DNA of 64,000 bases, taken from Anthoceros angustus. Lineage: Eukaryota; Plantae; Anthocerotophyta. Below the pieces are notes generated by a model. The model was given only the letters and a program-made list of their open reading frames with translations, was not told where the DNA came from and made no database searches. The DNA is taken from positions 2,046,001 through 2,110,000 of the forward strand of contig MU008169.1 of NCBI GenBank assembly GCA_010909165.1, given 5' to 3'. Positions within the stretch are counted from its first letter, which is position 1; each line of letters starts with the position of its first letter. Both the position numbers and the translations under genes were made by a program. Below are positions 49,701-63,400 of the stretch, piece by piece.

Positions 49701-52700
49701 AGCAACTTGGGGGATCAATACCGAGATGGGGTGTTGATTTTAGTGGTTTGAAAAATTTGTAAATCATCCGGTATCTAGGTTTAAAGTATGGAATATTGGT
49801 TTTGAAAATCATTTGTTGGTTGACGTTATGTTCATACATTCGCTTTGTATACACATTTAAAACCTTTTCGGCCTTACTCTATGTGCCCCGACCCTACCTA
49901 CGACTTGCGCTAGACCTTTTTATTGGTGCGCCAAATGTCCGCTAATCCGAGTTTGATGCGTGTATAGATGCATGCGCCTTGGTTTCTAGATGAGCTACAT
50001 TTTCCAAAATTTGACATGTGTAATGGTGGTTTCGATGGCCAACCTTTTGAATACGACAATGTTTCACAATGTTTTGAGAAGTAAGAAAATAAAGATAATT
50101 GATGATCGCCTTGAATGAAAGCGTGTCGGATGTTGTCGAACACAAGCGAAGAAGGTTCGCAAATTTCATCTTCACAAGGAAGGATTTCAAGGATTTATAT
50201 CGGTCTGGGAATTCTAAACACCTCTTTCGCAGACTTCCTAGCGTTGAGAGGCAAACCAAACCAAACCAGTCCAACAAGCCAAAGTCCAGCGCAACCAACA
50301 TGCAAAAGAAGCAACTCCAAGCCCAAAACAAGCAACGCGACGTCCGGCGCAATTGTGAGGACATCAGCGGCTGATCGGCCATCTCGAGAGGGACAAACTA
50401 GGACTCTAGAAAACAAGACACCACCGTCTAGTGCAATGTAAGTACACCACAGGATCTCCATTATTAGAGTGAAAACAGAGGAAGGAAATGGGGCAATGCG
50501 CTGAGGTTGGCGCATTGGCGCGAGTGTCTTGGCGCGGACGTTCGGCGATTTCGAGTCCCCAATCTTGCCGGGCATCGAACGCGATGGAAGTGGTGTATTC
50601 GAGACCCCAATCTTGCGGGTGTCCAGCGATGGAAGTGTTGAGTGGATGCGCGGACGTCCGGCGTGTTGTATATGTATTATTTCTATCGATAGAAGAATAT
50701 GTGCTTTGGCGGTGTAGATAGACCGATTAACATAAGAACTCCAAAGTCCAGCGCCGGGTTGGATCGATATAGGATGGGGTGTTTGTTTTGGTAGTTTGAA
50801 AACTTTGTAAGAACTCCATCACAAGCAACTTGGGATCGGGATCAATACCGAGATGGGGTGTTGATTTTAGTGGTTTGAAAAATTTGTAAATCATCCGGTA
50901 TCTAGGTTTAAAGTATGGAATATTGGTTTTGAAAATCATTTGTTGGTTGACGTTATGTTCATACATTCGCTTTGTATACACATTTAAAACCTTTTCGGCC
51001 TTACTCTATGTGCCCCGACCCTACCTCGACTTGCAGCTAGACCTTTTTATTGGTGCGCCAAATGTCCGGCTAATCCGAGTTTGATGCGTGTATAGATGCA
51101 TGCGCCTTGGTTTCTAGATGAGCTACATTTTCCAAAATTTGACATGTGTAATGGTGGTTTCGATGGCCAACCTTTTGAATACGACAATGTTTCACAATGT
51201 TTTCGAGAAGTAAGAAAATAAAGATAATTGATGATCGCCTTGAATGAAAGCGTGTCGGATGTTGTCGAACACAAGGTAAGAGAGCATATGCCCGCCACCA
51301 CGAGCCCTAGTGAGAGCCAGTATGTGAAGAAAGAGAGTTGGTCGCCCTAGGAGGATTTTGACCAAATGGTCGACTCAAGATTTTAGTGAGGCTATGAAGG
51401 AGGACTGTCTATACCCATTGTGACGCCCATGCACTGCAGTGCCTAGGTGTTCGGAGGCGAACCATAGCCGAGCTCGCCAAGAGATTTTGAATTTAAGATC
51501 TAACTTGCACCATGTGCCGTGGGTGGACTAGTAAGGTTGAAAGCGTGCGGACAAGGAGAAATGTAAGCCCAAGAGTTCGGTCAAGAAGCGTTGAGGAGGC
51601 ATGACCATCCTTTAAGACCTTGCCCGATTCTCGCCATGGGCCTAGAGCAAAGAACTCCAAGTGTGGCTTGTCTCGGCATGGAGGGGCGGGCGAGGTGTGC
51701 CCGGCGTGGATTTCTCGGGATGATGGGGTTTTGAAAAGAACATTGATGTGAGTGTTTCGGTGGCAAGTGTGCAAGTGTGCAATCGAACGAAAGTGTTTGC
51801 TGCAAGTATCGGCGCAATCCTCTCCAAACCCGTGCACTCTGACTCTTTGAGTATAAGTGCGCCAACGTCCTGCACTCCCGCTCTTTGAGCATGAGTGCGC
51901 CATCATCCGTATCTTCTTTTGTATCCGCTGGCAAGTGTATGGGTCTAGTTCTCTTAATCCACTTTAATTGGCAAAATTTGACGTGTTTCTTCAAGCCAAA
52001 AGGGTTTTGAGACAAACCCCTTCCGGAGAGACACAAAGCAAAGTGCTCATGTCACAAAGCAATACGGTAGAACGACTCCAAAGCATGCACCAATAATAAC
52101 AAGTCCCATGTGATAATCCGCTGGTCCGCCATATGCTTGTCCACGCAAGGCGATGCGGCATTGTTTTAGGGTTGCTCCATACCGTGTCCCGTCGCCTTGG
52201 GCCGTGAAACCGTGAGGAGTCGGACTAGCACAAGGAGCATTTAAGTTCCAGGACCCCAAGCTTCCACAAGGCTATTCACATGCACGTTGATCGATTACAA
52301 GTTCAAAGGTAGGGATGTCATGCTCAAACGCACAAGAGTTGACGCTCACGCATCCACCAACCTCAAGCTTGTCGAGAAAAGCATACAACAATGTAACGCT
52401 AGCTAGGGCGGAGTGGTGTAGCACCGCCACTTGACCACGTGGCCATCGGTGACGAAGGTCCCGAAAGGAGAGAAGACTGCCACAGATCTGATAACATGTC
52501 CCTTGCCGCCTCAAGGACATTTAAAGAGGGAAGGTTCCTACTAGTATACAAACGAACATGAACGAACATGTAGCCCCAAGGCCTTCACAGAGATATATTG
52601 CCACACACATAAATACAAGACAACGGATGAGGAATGTGACGAAGAGATGAAGAAAATTGAATCGAAAATGCTTGATAGAGAAAATTAAGAATAGAAAAAT

Positions 52701-54225
52701 GCTTGAATAGAGAAAATTAAGAATAGGAAATGCTTTGATAGAGAAAATTAAGAACATCACATCTTTTACACTAGGTGGTCTTGCGTTTAAGTTTTATGGG
52801 CAATTTTCTTAAAAGACGGTTATTTACACCGAGATGCTATCATAACATAAAGTTCTATGATATGAATGCCGCATCAACTTTTTTCCCACTCTCCAACAAT
52901 CTTGCGATTCATCTAACTCTTATTCCTCTAAGTCATACATCCGGTCAAGGGAACTATGTTGGCATGTTATAACTTTGCACGTCATACATTTGCTCTTCAC
53001 ATGATACAAATTATAGACACAATGGCTAGTAGTCGAACGAAGTGCACACATTTGATTGTATTATGTGCATTGACCCGCCACATTTGCATCAACACATTCC
53101 TCATTGTCCTCTACGTAGTGTGCTTCTTGCAAAGACCAAATTATGCTTCAGGAGTGAGGCGCTCAGCACATAATAATATATGAGATGGTAGTTGACCAAG
53201 TCTCAGACATGTTGTGTGCGCATCTGTCCTAGCTTGGGATTCTGTGGGCTTCGGCTCTGAACTTATAATCGATGCTAGTGGGCTTGGAAAGATTGGTGTT
53301 ATTATCCCATCTCCTAACCCTAAAAGAAGATTGAGAATCGTCATGAGGACATGAGCCATATGAGTGGATGAAAAGCTCAAGACACCTAGAATGAAGTTTG
53401 ACAAAGCGAATCAAGTAGCACAACGGAGAAACCACTGAAGGTTATTTAAGGTTGAGCTATTGGCCCGGCGTATGTAGTACTTACTCTAGAACAAATCCAA
53501 GACTTGCATAGAGAAATTACTATAGGCTCGCCACCATCGAGATCAATTTTCTTAAAAGCATGATTAATATATATGTTTTCCACCCAAAACAATAAGATTG
53601 TGGATTCTCTTTAGAATTTGGTTTTCGATTGCATAGCTGGAGTTCCAACCCTATACCACACCGTCGACCTTTGGCGGATCAAATGCTTCTTCAATACCCG
53701 GCCAGGCCAATCGATCCACCGGATGCTCGGCGTCTAAGTGATGCGTGCACATCCGTTCAATTCGTGTTGTTCAACGCATGTTTGTAGGTGTTCTTTTGCT
53801 AGGTGAAGATGGGTTACTCATCAGTTGATCTGCACAAAAAAAACATTTTGGAAGACTTGGTTATTCATTGACTAGCACAAAAAACCACAATGAAACGGAA
53901 AAAACTATAAATAAATAGCTTGATATAAATACCAAGGATAATAATTTTTTATTTTTTTATTAAAACTTAAAAGCAGAATGTCAAAATATCTTTAAGAACA
54001 AGAAAAGAAACTGGATATCACCATCTTTTAGTGAACAATCATATTTGATGATGATCGAGAGTTATCATGAGCTTTTTGATACGTTATCGCGATAGATTGC
54101 CTTGGAGGCCTATATATGGGGTCGGTGTTGCAATCTTGCAATCTTGAACAAAATTGTGCTTGCCTTGTTGTGGGTTTTACATCTCGTGTCTCACTACATC
54201 TTGGGTTGTTAGGCTTTCCGCTACC

Positions 54226-54542
54226 ATGGCTCTTGTGAAAATGTCCATCATGTTGAAGACGATTTTGCTCATGATGGTCTTTCTCTTGGCTTTGGAGGCC
54301 ACGGCAATGTTTGGAGGTGCTACTACCAAGGACTTGCACGTGGACTATGAGTTCGCTCGATGCGAATGTGGTGGCTATGTCTGGATCCGATCAAATATTT
54401 CCACCTTATCCAACCGCCGGTTGTTGTTCATATTCGGTGGTTGGGACCCGGTGCATGTGCCAAGTTATGACTCACAATTGTGACCGCAACGGATGTATGA
54501 TTACATCCTGGTTGCAATTTTGACGAAGCTCAACATTGTTGA
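54226..54542 (+). CDS. Eight-cysteine-motif gene, copy 3; frameshifted as assembled
   Basis: The signal peptide is in ORF 54154..54483. ORF 54311..54523 shows EVLLPRTCTWTMSSLDANVVAM..PTAGCCSY..CMCQVMTHNC. HPGCNFDEAQHC* is readable at the 3' end. Confidence 0.65.
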
Positions 54543-55189
54543 AGACAGTGGACGGAAAAAGTTGACACGAGCACTCTTGCCATGGAGCTTTTATGTTGAG
54601 GTGCACTTTTGGTCCTAATAGTTGGATCTGTTGGATAGATGTTCAATGCGTAGTTCTAAGTGATTTGGTTGTATGTAGCGGATGTAGCTTGTTGGGTAGA
54701 GGAAGGAAAAAGAGTTGACGTGGGTATTCTTGCCATGGAACTTTGATGTTGGGATCTACTTTTAAAGTAGTAGGAGTTCTCATCCCGATTATAAATGAAA
54801 ATGTTTTTCATTTAAAGGTTTTAAATGGTCGTGATCTCTTTGTTGATTCTAATCCCGTATGGAGCTGCCAGCAGTGTCTCTCCGGAAAGGGTTATTCGCC
54901 ATTAAAGGGGTTTGGGTTCCTAAAGGCCAAAACGACCTTCAAAACGGGCCAAAACGCATCATCTTGAAAACCACTCTTTAGAGATGTACAAAAGACATTG
55001 ACCATGTTATTTTCTCGCGAACACTTACAGGGTTTAAGCCAAGAAGGTTCGCAAATTTCATCTTCACAAGGAAGGATTTCAAGGATTTATATCGGTCTTT
55101 GGGAATTCTAAACACCTCTTTTACAAGATTTCCTAGCAGTTGAACAAGAGGCAAACCAAACCAAACCAGTCCAACAAGCCAAAGTACGC

Positions 55190-56760
55190 AACGTCCAGAA
55201 CCAACATGCAAAAGAAGCAACCCCAAGCCCAAAATATAAACCACGGACGTCCGCGAATTGTGAGAGGACATCAAGCGATGATCGTGGCCATCTCGAGAGG
55301 GACAAACTAGGACTCTAGAAAACAGCACCACACGCCTAGTGCAATGTAAGTACACAGGATCTCCATTATTAGAGTGAAAACAGAGGAAGGAAATGGGGCA
55401 ATGCGCTGAGGTTCGCGCATTGGCGCGAGTGTCAAGCCCGCGGACGCTCGCATTTCTGGAGTCCCCAATCTTGCCGGGCATCCAACGCGATGGAAGTGGT
55501 GTATTCGAGACCCCAATCTTGCCGGGTGTCCAGCGATGGAAGTGTTGAGTGGATGCGCGGACGTCCGGCGATTTGTATATGTATTATTTCTATCGATAGA
55601 AGAATATGTGCTTTGGCGGTAGATAGACCGATTAACATAAGAACTCCAAAGTCCAGCGCCCCACAGGGTTGGATCAAGATAGGATGGGGTGTTTGTTTTG
55701 GTAGTTTGAAAACTTTGAGAACTCCACCGAAGCAACTCCCAAGCCCAAAACAAGCAACCGGACGTCCGGCGCAATTGTGAGAGGACATCAAGCGAGACTG
55801 GTGGCCATCTCGAGAGGGACAAACTAGGACTCTAGAAAACAGCACCACGTCTAGTGCAATGTAAGTACACAGGATCTCCATTATTAGAGTGAAAAGAGGA
55901 AGGAAATGGGGCAATGCGCTGAGGTTCGGCGCATTGGCGCGAGTGTCAAGCTCACATGGACGTTCGCATTTCTGGAGTCCCCAATCTTGCCGGGCATCCA
56001 ACGCGATGGAAGTGGTGTATTCGAGACCCCAATCTTGCGGGTGTCCAGCGATGGAAGTGTTGAGTGGATGCGCGGACGTCCGGCGTGAGTATATGTATTA
56101 TTTCTATCCGATAGAAGAATATGTGCTTTGGCGTAGATAGACCGATTAACATAAGAACTCCAAAGTCCAGCGCCCCACAGGGTTGGATCAAGATAGGATG
56201 GGGTGTTTGTTTTGGTAGTTTGAAAACTTTGAGAACTCCACCGAAGCAACTCCCAAGCCCAAAACAAGCAACCGGACGTCCGGCGCAATTGTGAGAGGAC
56301 ATCAAGCGACACTGATCGTGGCCATCTCGAGAGGGACAAACTAGGACTCTAGAAAACAGCACCACGTCTAGTGCAATGTAAGTACACAGGATCTCCATTA
56401 TTAGAGTGAAAAGAGGAAGGAAATGGGGCAATGCGCTGAGGTTCGGCGCATTGGCGCGAGTGTCAAGCTCACATGGACGTTCGCATTTCTGGAGTCCCCA
56501 ATCTTGCCGGGCATCCAACGCGATGGAAGTGGTGTATTCGAGACCCCAATCTTGCGGGTGTCCAGCGATGGAAGTGTTGAGTGGATGCGCGGACGTCCGG
56601 CGTGAGTATATGTATTATTTCTATCCGATAGAAGAATATGTGCTTTGGCGTAGATAGACCGATTAACATAAGAACTCCAAAGTCCAGCGCCCCACAGGGT
56701 TGGATCAAGATAGGATGGGGTGTTTGTTTTGGTAGTTTGAAAACTTTGAGAACTCCAGCA
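55190..56760. repeat. Local triplication of the ~515-bp sub-unit
   Basis: Landmarks at 55682, 56196 and 56713 (spacing 514 and 517 bp). Confidence 0.92.
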
Positions 56761-59700
56761 TCAAGCAACTTGGGGGATCAATACGAGATGGGGTGTTGAT
56801 TTTAGTGGTTTGAAAAATTTGTAAATCATCCCGGTATCTAGGTTTAAAGTATGGAATATTGGTTTGAAAATCATTTGTTGGTTGACGTTATGTTCATACA
56901 TTCGCTTTGTATACACATTTAAAACCTTTTCGGCCTTACTCTATGTGCCCCGACCCTACCTACGACTTGCGCTAGACCTTTTTATTGGTGCGCCAAATGT
57001 CCGCTAATCCGAGTTTGATGCGTGTATAGATGCATGCGCCTTGGTTTCTAGATGAGCTACATTTTCCAAAATTTGACATGTGTAATGGTGGTTTCGATGG
57101 CCAACCTTTTGAATACGACAATGTTTCACAATGTTTTCTGAAGTAAGAAAATAAAGATAATAGATGATCTGCCCTTCAGTAATGAAAGCGTGTCGGATGT
57201 TGTCGAACACAAGCAGAAGAGAGCATATGCCCGGCCACGACGAGCCCTAGTGAGAGCCAGCGAGTATGTGAAGAAAGAGAGTTGGTCGCCTTAGCTGAGG
57301 ATTTTGACCAAATGGCTGACTCAGTATTTTAGTGAGGCTATGAAGGAGGACCTGTCTATACCCACTGTGACGCCCACTGCAGCTGTGGTGCGCTAGGTGT
57401 TCAGAGACGAACCATAGCCGAGCTTCGCCAAGAGATTTTGAATTTAAGATCTAACTTGCACCATGTGCCGGCCGTGGGTGGACTAGTAAGGTTGAAAGCG
57501 ACGACAAGGAGAAATGTAAGCCCAAGAGTTCGGTCAAGAAGCGTTGAGGAGGCATGACCATCCTTTAAGACCTTGCCCGATTCTCGCCAAGGGCCTAGAG
57601 CAAAGAACTCCAAGTGTGGCTTGTCTCGCATGGAGGGGCAGTCGGCTGTGGTGTGCTCGCGTGGATTTCGTGATGGGGTTTTGAAAAGAACATTGATGTG
57701 AGTGTCGGTGCGCGTGGCAAGTGTGTGCACGAACGAAAGTGTTTGCTGCACAAGTATCGGCAATCCTCTCCAAACCCGGTGCACTCTTTGAGTATAAGTG
57801 CGCCAACGTCCTGCACTCCCGCTCTTTGAGCATGAGTGCGCCATCATCCGGCGATCTTCTTTTGTATCCGTTGGCAAGTGTATGGGTCTAGTTCTCTTAA
57901 TCCACTTTAATTGGCAAAATTTGACGTGTTTCTTCAAGCCAAAAGGGGTTTTGAGACAAACCCCTTCCGGAGAGACACAAAGCAAAGTGCTCATGTCACA
58001 AAGCAATACGGTAGAACGTACTCCAAAGCATGCACCGATCCACGAATAACAAGTCCCATGTGATAATCCGCTGGTCTCGCCATATGCTTGTCCACGCAAG
58101 GCGATGCGCATTGTTTTAGGGTTGCTCCATACCGTGTCCGCACGCCTGGTGAAACCCGTGAGGAGTCGGACTAGCACAAGGAGCATTTAAGTTCCGGACC
58201 CCAAGCTTCCACAAGGCTATTCACACGATACGTTGATCGATTACAAGTTCAAAGGTAGGGATGTCATGCTCAAACGCACAAGAGTTGACGCTCACGCATC
58301 CACCAACCTCAAGCTTGTCGTGAAAAGCATACAATGTAACGCTAGCTAGGCGGAGTGGTGTAGCACCGCCACTTGACCACGTGGCCATCGGTGTGAAGGT
58401 CCCGAAGGAGAGAAGACCGCCAAGATCTGATAACATGTCCCTTGCCGCCTCAAGGACATTTAAAGAGGGAAGGTTCCCTACTAGTATACAAACGAACATG
58501 AACGAACATGTAGCCCCCAAGGCCTTCACAGAGATATATTGCCACACACATAAATACAAGACAACGGATGAGGAATGTGACGAGAGATGAAGAAAATTGA
58601 ATCGAAAATGCTTGATAGAGAAAATTAAGAATAGAAAAATGCTTGAATAGAGAAAATTAAGAATAGGAAATGCTTTGATAGAGAAAATTAAGAACATCAC
58701 ATCTTTTACACTAGGTGGTCTTGCGTTTAAGTTTTTATGGGCAATTTTCTTAAAAGAAGGTTATTTACACTGAGATGCTATCATAACATAAAGTTCTATG
58801 ATATGAATGCCGCATCAACTTTTTTTCGCCCACTCTCCAACAATCTTGCGATTCATCTAACTCTTATTCCTTCTAAGTCATACATCTGGTCAAGGGAACT
58901 ATGTTGGCATGTTATAACTTTGGCACGTCATACATTTGCTCTTCACATGATACAAATTATAGACACAACGGCTAGTAGTCGAAGTGCACACATTTGATTG
59001 TATTATGTGCATTGACCCGCCACATTTGCATCAACACATTCCTCATTGTCCTCTACGTAGTGTGTGCTTCTTGCAGACCAAATTATGCTTCAGGAGTGAG
59101 GCGCCAAGACATAATAATATATGAGATGGTAGTTGACCAAGTCTCGGACATGTTGTGATCCGTCCTAGCTTGGGATTACGTGGGCTTCGCTCAACTTATA
59201 ATCGATGCTAGTGGGCTTGGAAAGATTGGTGTTATTATCCCATCTCCTAACCCTAAAAGAAGATTGAGAATCGTCATGAGCACATGAGCCATATGAGTGG
59301 ATGAAAAGCTCAAGACACCTAGAATGAAGTTTGACAAAGCGAATCAAGTAGCACAACGGAGAAACCATCAAGGTTATTTAAGGTTGAGCTATTGGCTGAC
59401 GTATGTAGTACTTACTCTAGAACAAATCCAAGACTTGCATAGAGAAATTACTATAGGCTCGCCACCATCGAGATCAATTTTCTTAAAGCATGATTAATAT
59501 ATATGTTTTCCACCCAAAACAATAAGATTGTGGATTCTCTTTTAGGAATTTGGTTTTCGATTGCATAGCTGGAGTTCCAACCCTATACCACACCCGTCGA
59601 CAGCCTTTGGCGGATCAAATGCTTCTTCAATACCCGGCCAGGCCAACTGATCCACCGGATGCTCGAGCATCTACGGAAAGTGATGCGTGCACATCTGGTT

Positions 59701-60168
59701 CAATTCGGTGTTGTTCAACGCATGTTTGTAGGTGTTCTTTTTGCTAGCTGTGAAGATGGGTTACTCATCAGTTGATCTGCACAAAAAAAACATTTTGGAA
59801 GACTTGGTTATTCATTGACTAGCACAAAAACCACAATGAAACGGAAAAACTATAAATAAATAGCTTGATATAAATACCAAGGACAATAATTTTTATTTTT
59901 ATTAAAACTTAAAAGCAGAATGTCAAAATGTCTTTAAGAACAAGAAAAGAAACCGATATCACCATCTTTTAGTGAACAATCATATTTGATGATGATCGAG
60001 AGTTATCATGAGCTTTTGATACGTTATCGCGATAGATTGCCTTGGAGGCCTATATATGTGGGGTCGGTGTTGCAATCTTGCAATCTTGAACAAAATTGTG
60101 CTTGCCTTGTTGTGGGTTTTACATCTCCGTGTCTCACTACATCTTGGGTTGTTAGGCTTTCCGCTACC

Positions 60169-60482
60169 ATGGCTCTTGTGAAAATGTCCATCATGTTGAA
60201 GACGATTTTGCTCATGATGGTCTTTCTCTTGGCTTTGAGGGGCCAGCAATGTTTGGAGGTGCTACTACCAAGGACTTGCACGTGGACTATGAGTTCCTCG
60301 ATGCGAATGTGGTGGCTATGTGCGCTGGATCCGATCAAATATTTCCACCTTATCCAACCGCCGGTTGTTGTTCATATTTGCGGCTGGTTGGGACCCATGT
60401 GCCAAGTTATGACAACAATTCAGACCGCAACGGATGTATGATTACATCCTGGTTGCAATTTGACGAAGCTCAACATTGTTGA
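60169..60482 (+). CDS. Eight-cysteine-motif gene, copy 4; frameshifted as assembled
   Basis: ORF 59986..60441 gives MALVKMSIMLKTILLMMVFLLALRGQQCLEVLLPRTCTWTMSS in one frame. ORF 60249..60482 gives DANVVAMCAGSDQIFPPYPTAGCCSYLR...FDEAQHC*. Confidence 0.65.
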
Positions 60483-63400
60483 AGACGAGTGGACGGAAAA
60501 AGTTGACACGAGCACTCTTGCCATGGAGCTTTTATGTTGAGGTGCACTTTTGGTCCTAATAGTTGGATCTGTTGGATAGATGTTCAATGCGCAGTTCTAA
60601 GTGATTTGGTTGTATGTAGCGGATGTAGCTTGTTGGGTAGAGGAAGGAAAAAGAGTTGACGTGGGTATTCTTGCCATGGAACTTTGATGTTGGGATCTAC
60701 TTTTAAAGTAGTAGGGAGTTCTCATCCGATTATAAATGAAAATGTTTTTCATTTAAAGGTTTTAAATGGTCGTGATCTCTTTGTTGATTCTAATCCCGTA
60801 TGGAGCTGCCAGTGTCTCTCGGAAGGGGTTATTCGCCATTAAAGGGTTTGGGTTCTAAAGGCCAAAAATGACCTTCAAACGGGCCAAACGCATCATCTTG
60901 AAAACCACTCTTTAGAGATGTACAAAAAGACATTGACCATGTTATTTTCGCGAACACTTACACCGAGTGGTTTAAGCCAAGAAGGTTCGCAAATTTCATC
61001 TTCACAAGGAAGGGATTTCAAGGATTTATATCGGTCTTTGAATTCTAAACACCTCTTTCATAGCGAGATTCCTAGGTGTTGAACAAGAGGCAAACCAAAC
61101 CAAACCAAACCAGTCCAACAAGCCAAAGTACGCGAACGTCCAGTAACCAACATGCAAAAGAAGCAACTCCCAAGCCCAAAACAAGCAACCGGACGTCCGC
61201 AATTGTGAGAGGACATCAAGCGGCGACTGATCGGCCATCTCGAGAGGGACAAACTAGGACTCTAGAAAACAGCACCACGCCTAGTGCAATGTAAGTACAC
61301 AGGATCTCCATTATTAGAGTGAAAACAGAGGAAGGAAATGGGGCAATGCGCTGAGGTTCGGCGCATTGGTGTCTTGGCTTTGCCGCGGACGTTAGCGCAT
61401 TTCGAGTCCCCAATCTTGCCGGGCATCCAACGCGATGGAAGTGGTGTATTCGAGACCCCAATCTTCTTTGGGTGTCCAGCGATGGAAGTGTTGAGTGGAT
61501 GCGCGGACGTCCGGCGATATATATGTATTATTTCTATCCGATAGAAGAATATGTGCTTTGGCGTAGATAGACCGATTAACATAAGAACTCCAAAGTCCAG
61601 CGCCCCGGGTTGGATCGATAGGATGGGGTGTTTGTTTTGGTAGTTTGAAAACTTTGTGAGAACTCCACCGCCAAGCAACTTGGGGGATCAATACCGAGAT
61701 GGGGTGTTGATTTTAGTGGTTTGAAAAATTTGTAAATCATCCGGTATCTAGGTTTAAAGTATGGAATATTGGTTTGAAAATCATTTGTTGGTTGACGTTA
61801 TGTTCATACATTCGCTTTGTATACACATTTAAAACCTTTTCGGCCTTACTCTATGTGCCCGACCCTACCTACGACTTGCAGCTAGACCTTTTTATTGGTG
61901 CGCCAAATGTCCGGCTAATCCGAGTTTGATGCGTGTATAGATGCATGCGCCTTGGTTTCTAGATGAGCTACATTTTCCAAAATTTGACATGTGTAATGGT
62001 GGTTTCGATGGCCAACCTTTTGAATACGACAATGTTTCACAATGTTTCTGAGAAGTAAGAAAATAAAGATAATTGATGATCCGCCTTCAAGAATGAATGC
62101 GTGTCGGATGTTGTCGAACACAAGCGAAGAGAGCATATGCCCGCCACTCGAGCCCTTGTGAGAGCCAGTATGTGAAGAAAGAGAGTTGGTCGCCCTAATG
62201 AGGATTTTGACCAAATGGTCGACTCGATTTTAGTGAGGCTATGAAGAAGGACACATCTATACCCTGGCCCCACTGCGGTGTGGTGTAGCTAGGTGTTCGA
62301 GACGAACCATAGCCGAGCTTCGCCAAGAGATTTTGAATTTAAGATCTAACTTGCACCATGTGCCGCCATGGGTGGACTAGTAAGGTTGAAAGCAGTGCGG
62401 ACAAGGAGAAATGTAAGCCAAGAGTTCGGTCAAGAAGCGTTGAGGAGGCATGACCATCCTTTAAGACCTTGCCCGATTCTCGCCTGGGCCTAGAGCGCAA
62501 CTCTAAGTGTGGCTTGTCTCGCATGGAGGCGGGTCGACAGGTGTGCCCGCATCGTGGATTTCTCGGGATGTTGGGGTTTGAAAAGAACATTGATGTGAGT
62601 GTCGGTGGCAAGTGTGCACAGCAACTGAACGAAAGTGTTTGCACTGCACAAGTATCGGCGCAATCCTCTCCAAACCCGGTGCACTCTGACTCTTTGAGTA
62701 TAAGTGCGCCAACGTCCTGCACTCCCGCTCTTTGGAGCATGAGTCGCAGTCATCCGTGTCTTCTTTGCGCAGTTTAAAGTATGGAATATTGGTTTGAAAA
62801 TCATTTGTTGGTTGACGTTATGTTCATACATTAACACATTTAAAACCTTTTCGGCCTTACTCTATGTGCCCGACCCTACCTACGACTTGCAGCTAGACCT
62901 TTTTATTGGTGCGCCAAATGTCCGGCTAATCCGAGTTTGATGCGTGTATAGATGCATGCGCCTTGGTTTCTAGAGCTACATTTTCCAAAATTTGACATGT
63001 GTAATGGTGGTTTCGATGGCCAACCTTTTGAATACGACAATGTTTCACAATGTTTCTGAAGTAAGAAAATAAAGATAATTGATGATCTGGCCTTCAGTAA
63101 TGAATGCGTGTCGGATGTTGTCGAACACAAGCAGAAGAGAGCATATGCCCGGCCACTACGAGCCCTTGTGAGAGCCAGCGAGTATGTGAAGAAAGAGAGT
63201 TGGTCGCCCTAGCTGAGGATTTTGACCAAATGGCTGACTCAGTATTTTAGTGAGGCTATGAAGAAGGACCTGTCTATACCCACTGTGACGCCCACTGCAG
63301 CTGTGGTGTAGCTAGGTGTTCAGAGACGAACCATAGCCGAGCTTCGCCAAGAGATTTTGAATTTAAGATCTAACTTGCACCATGTGCCAGCCGTGGGTGG

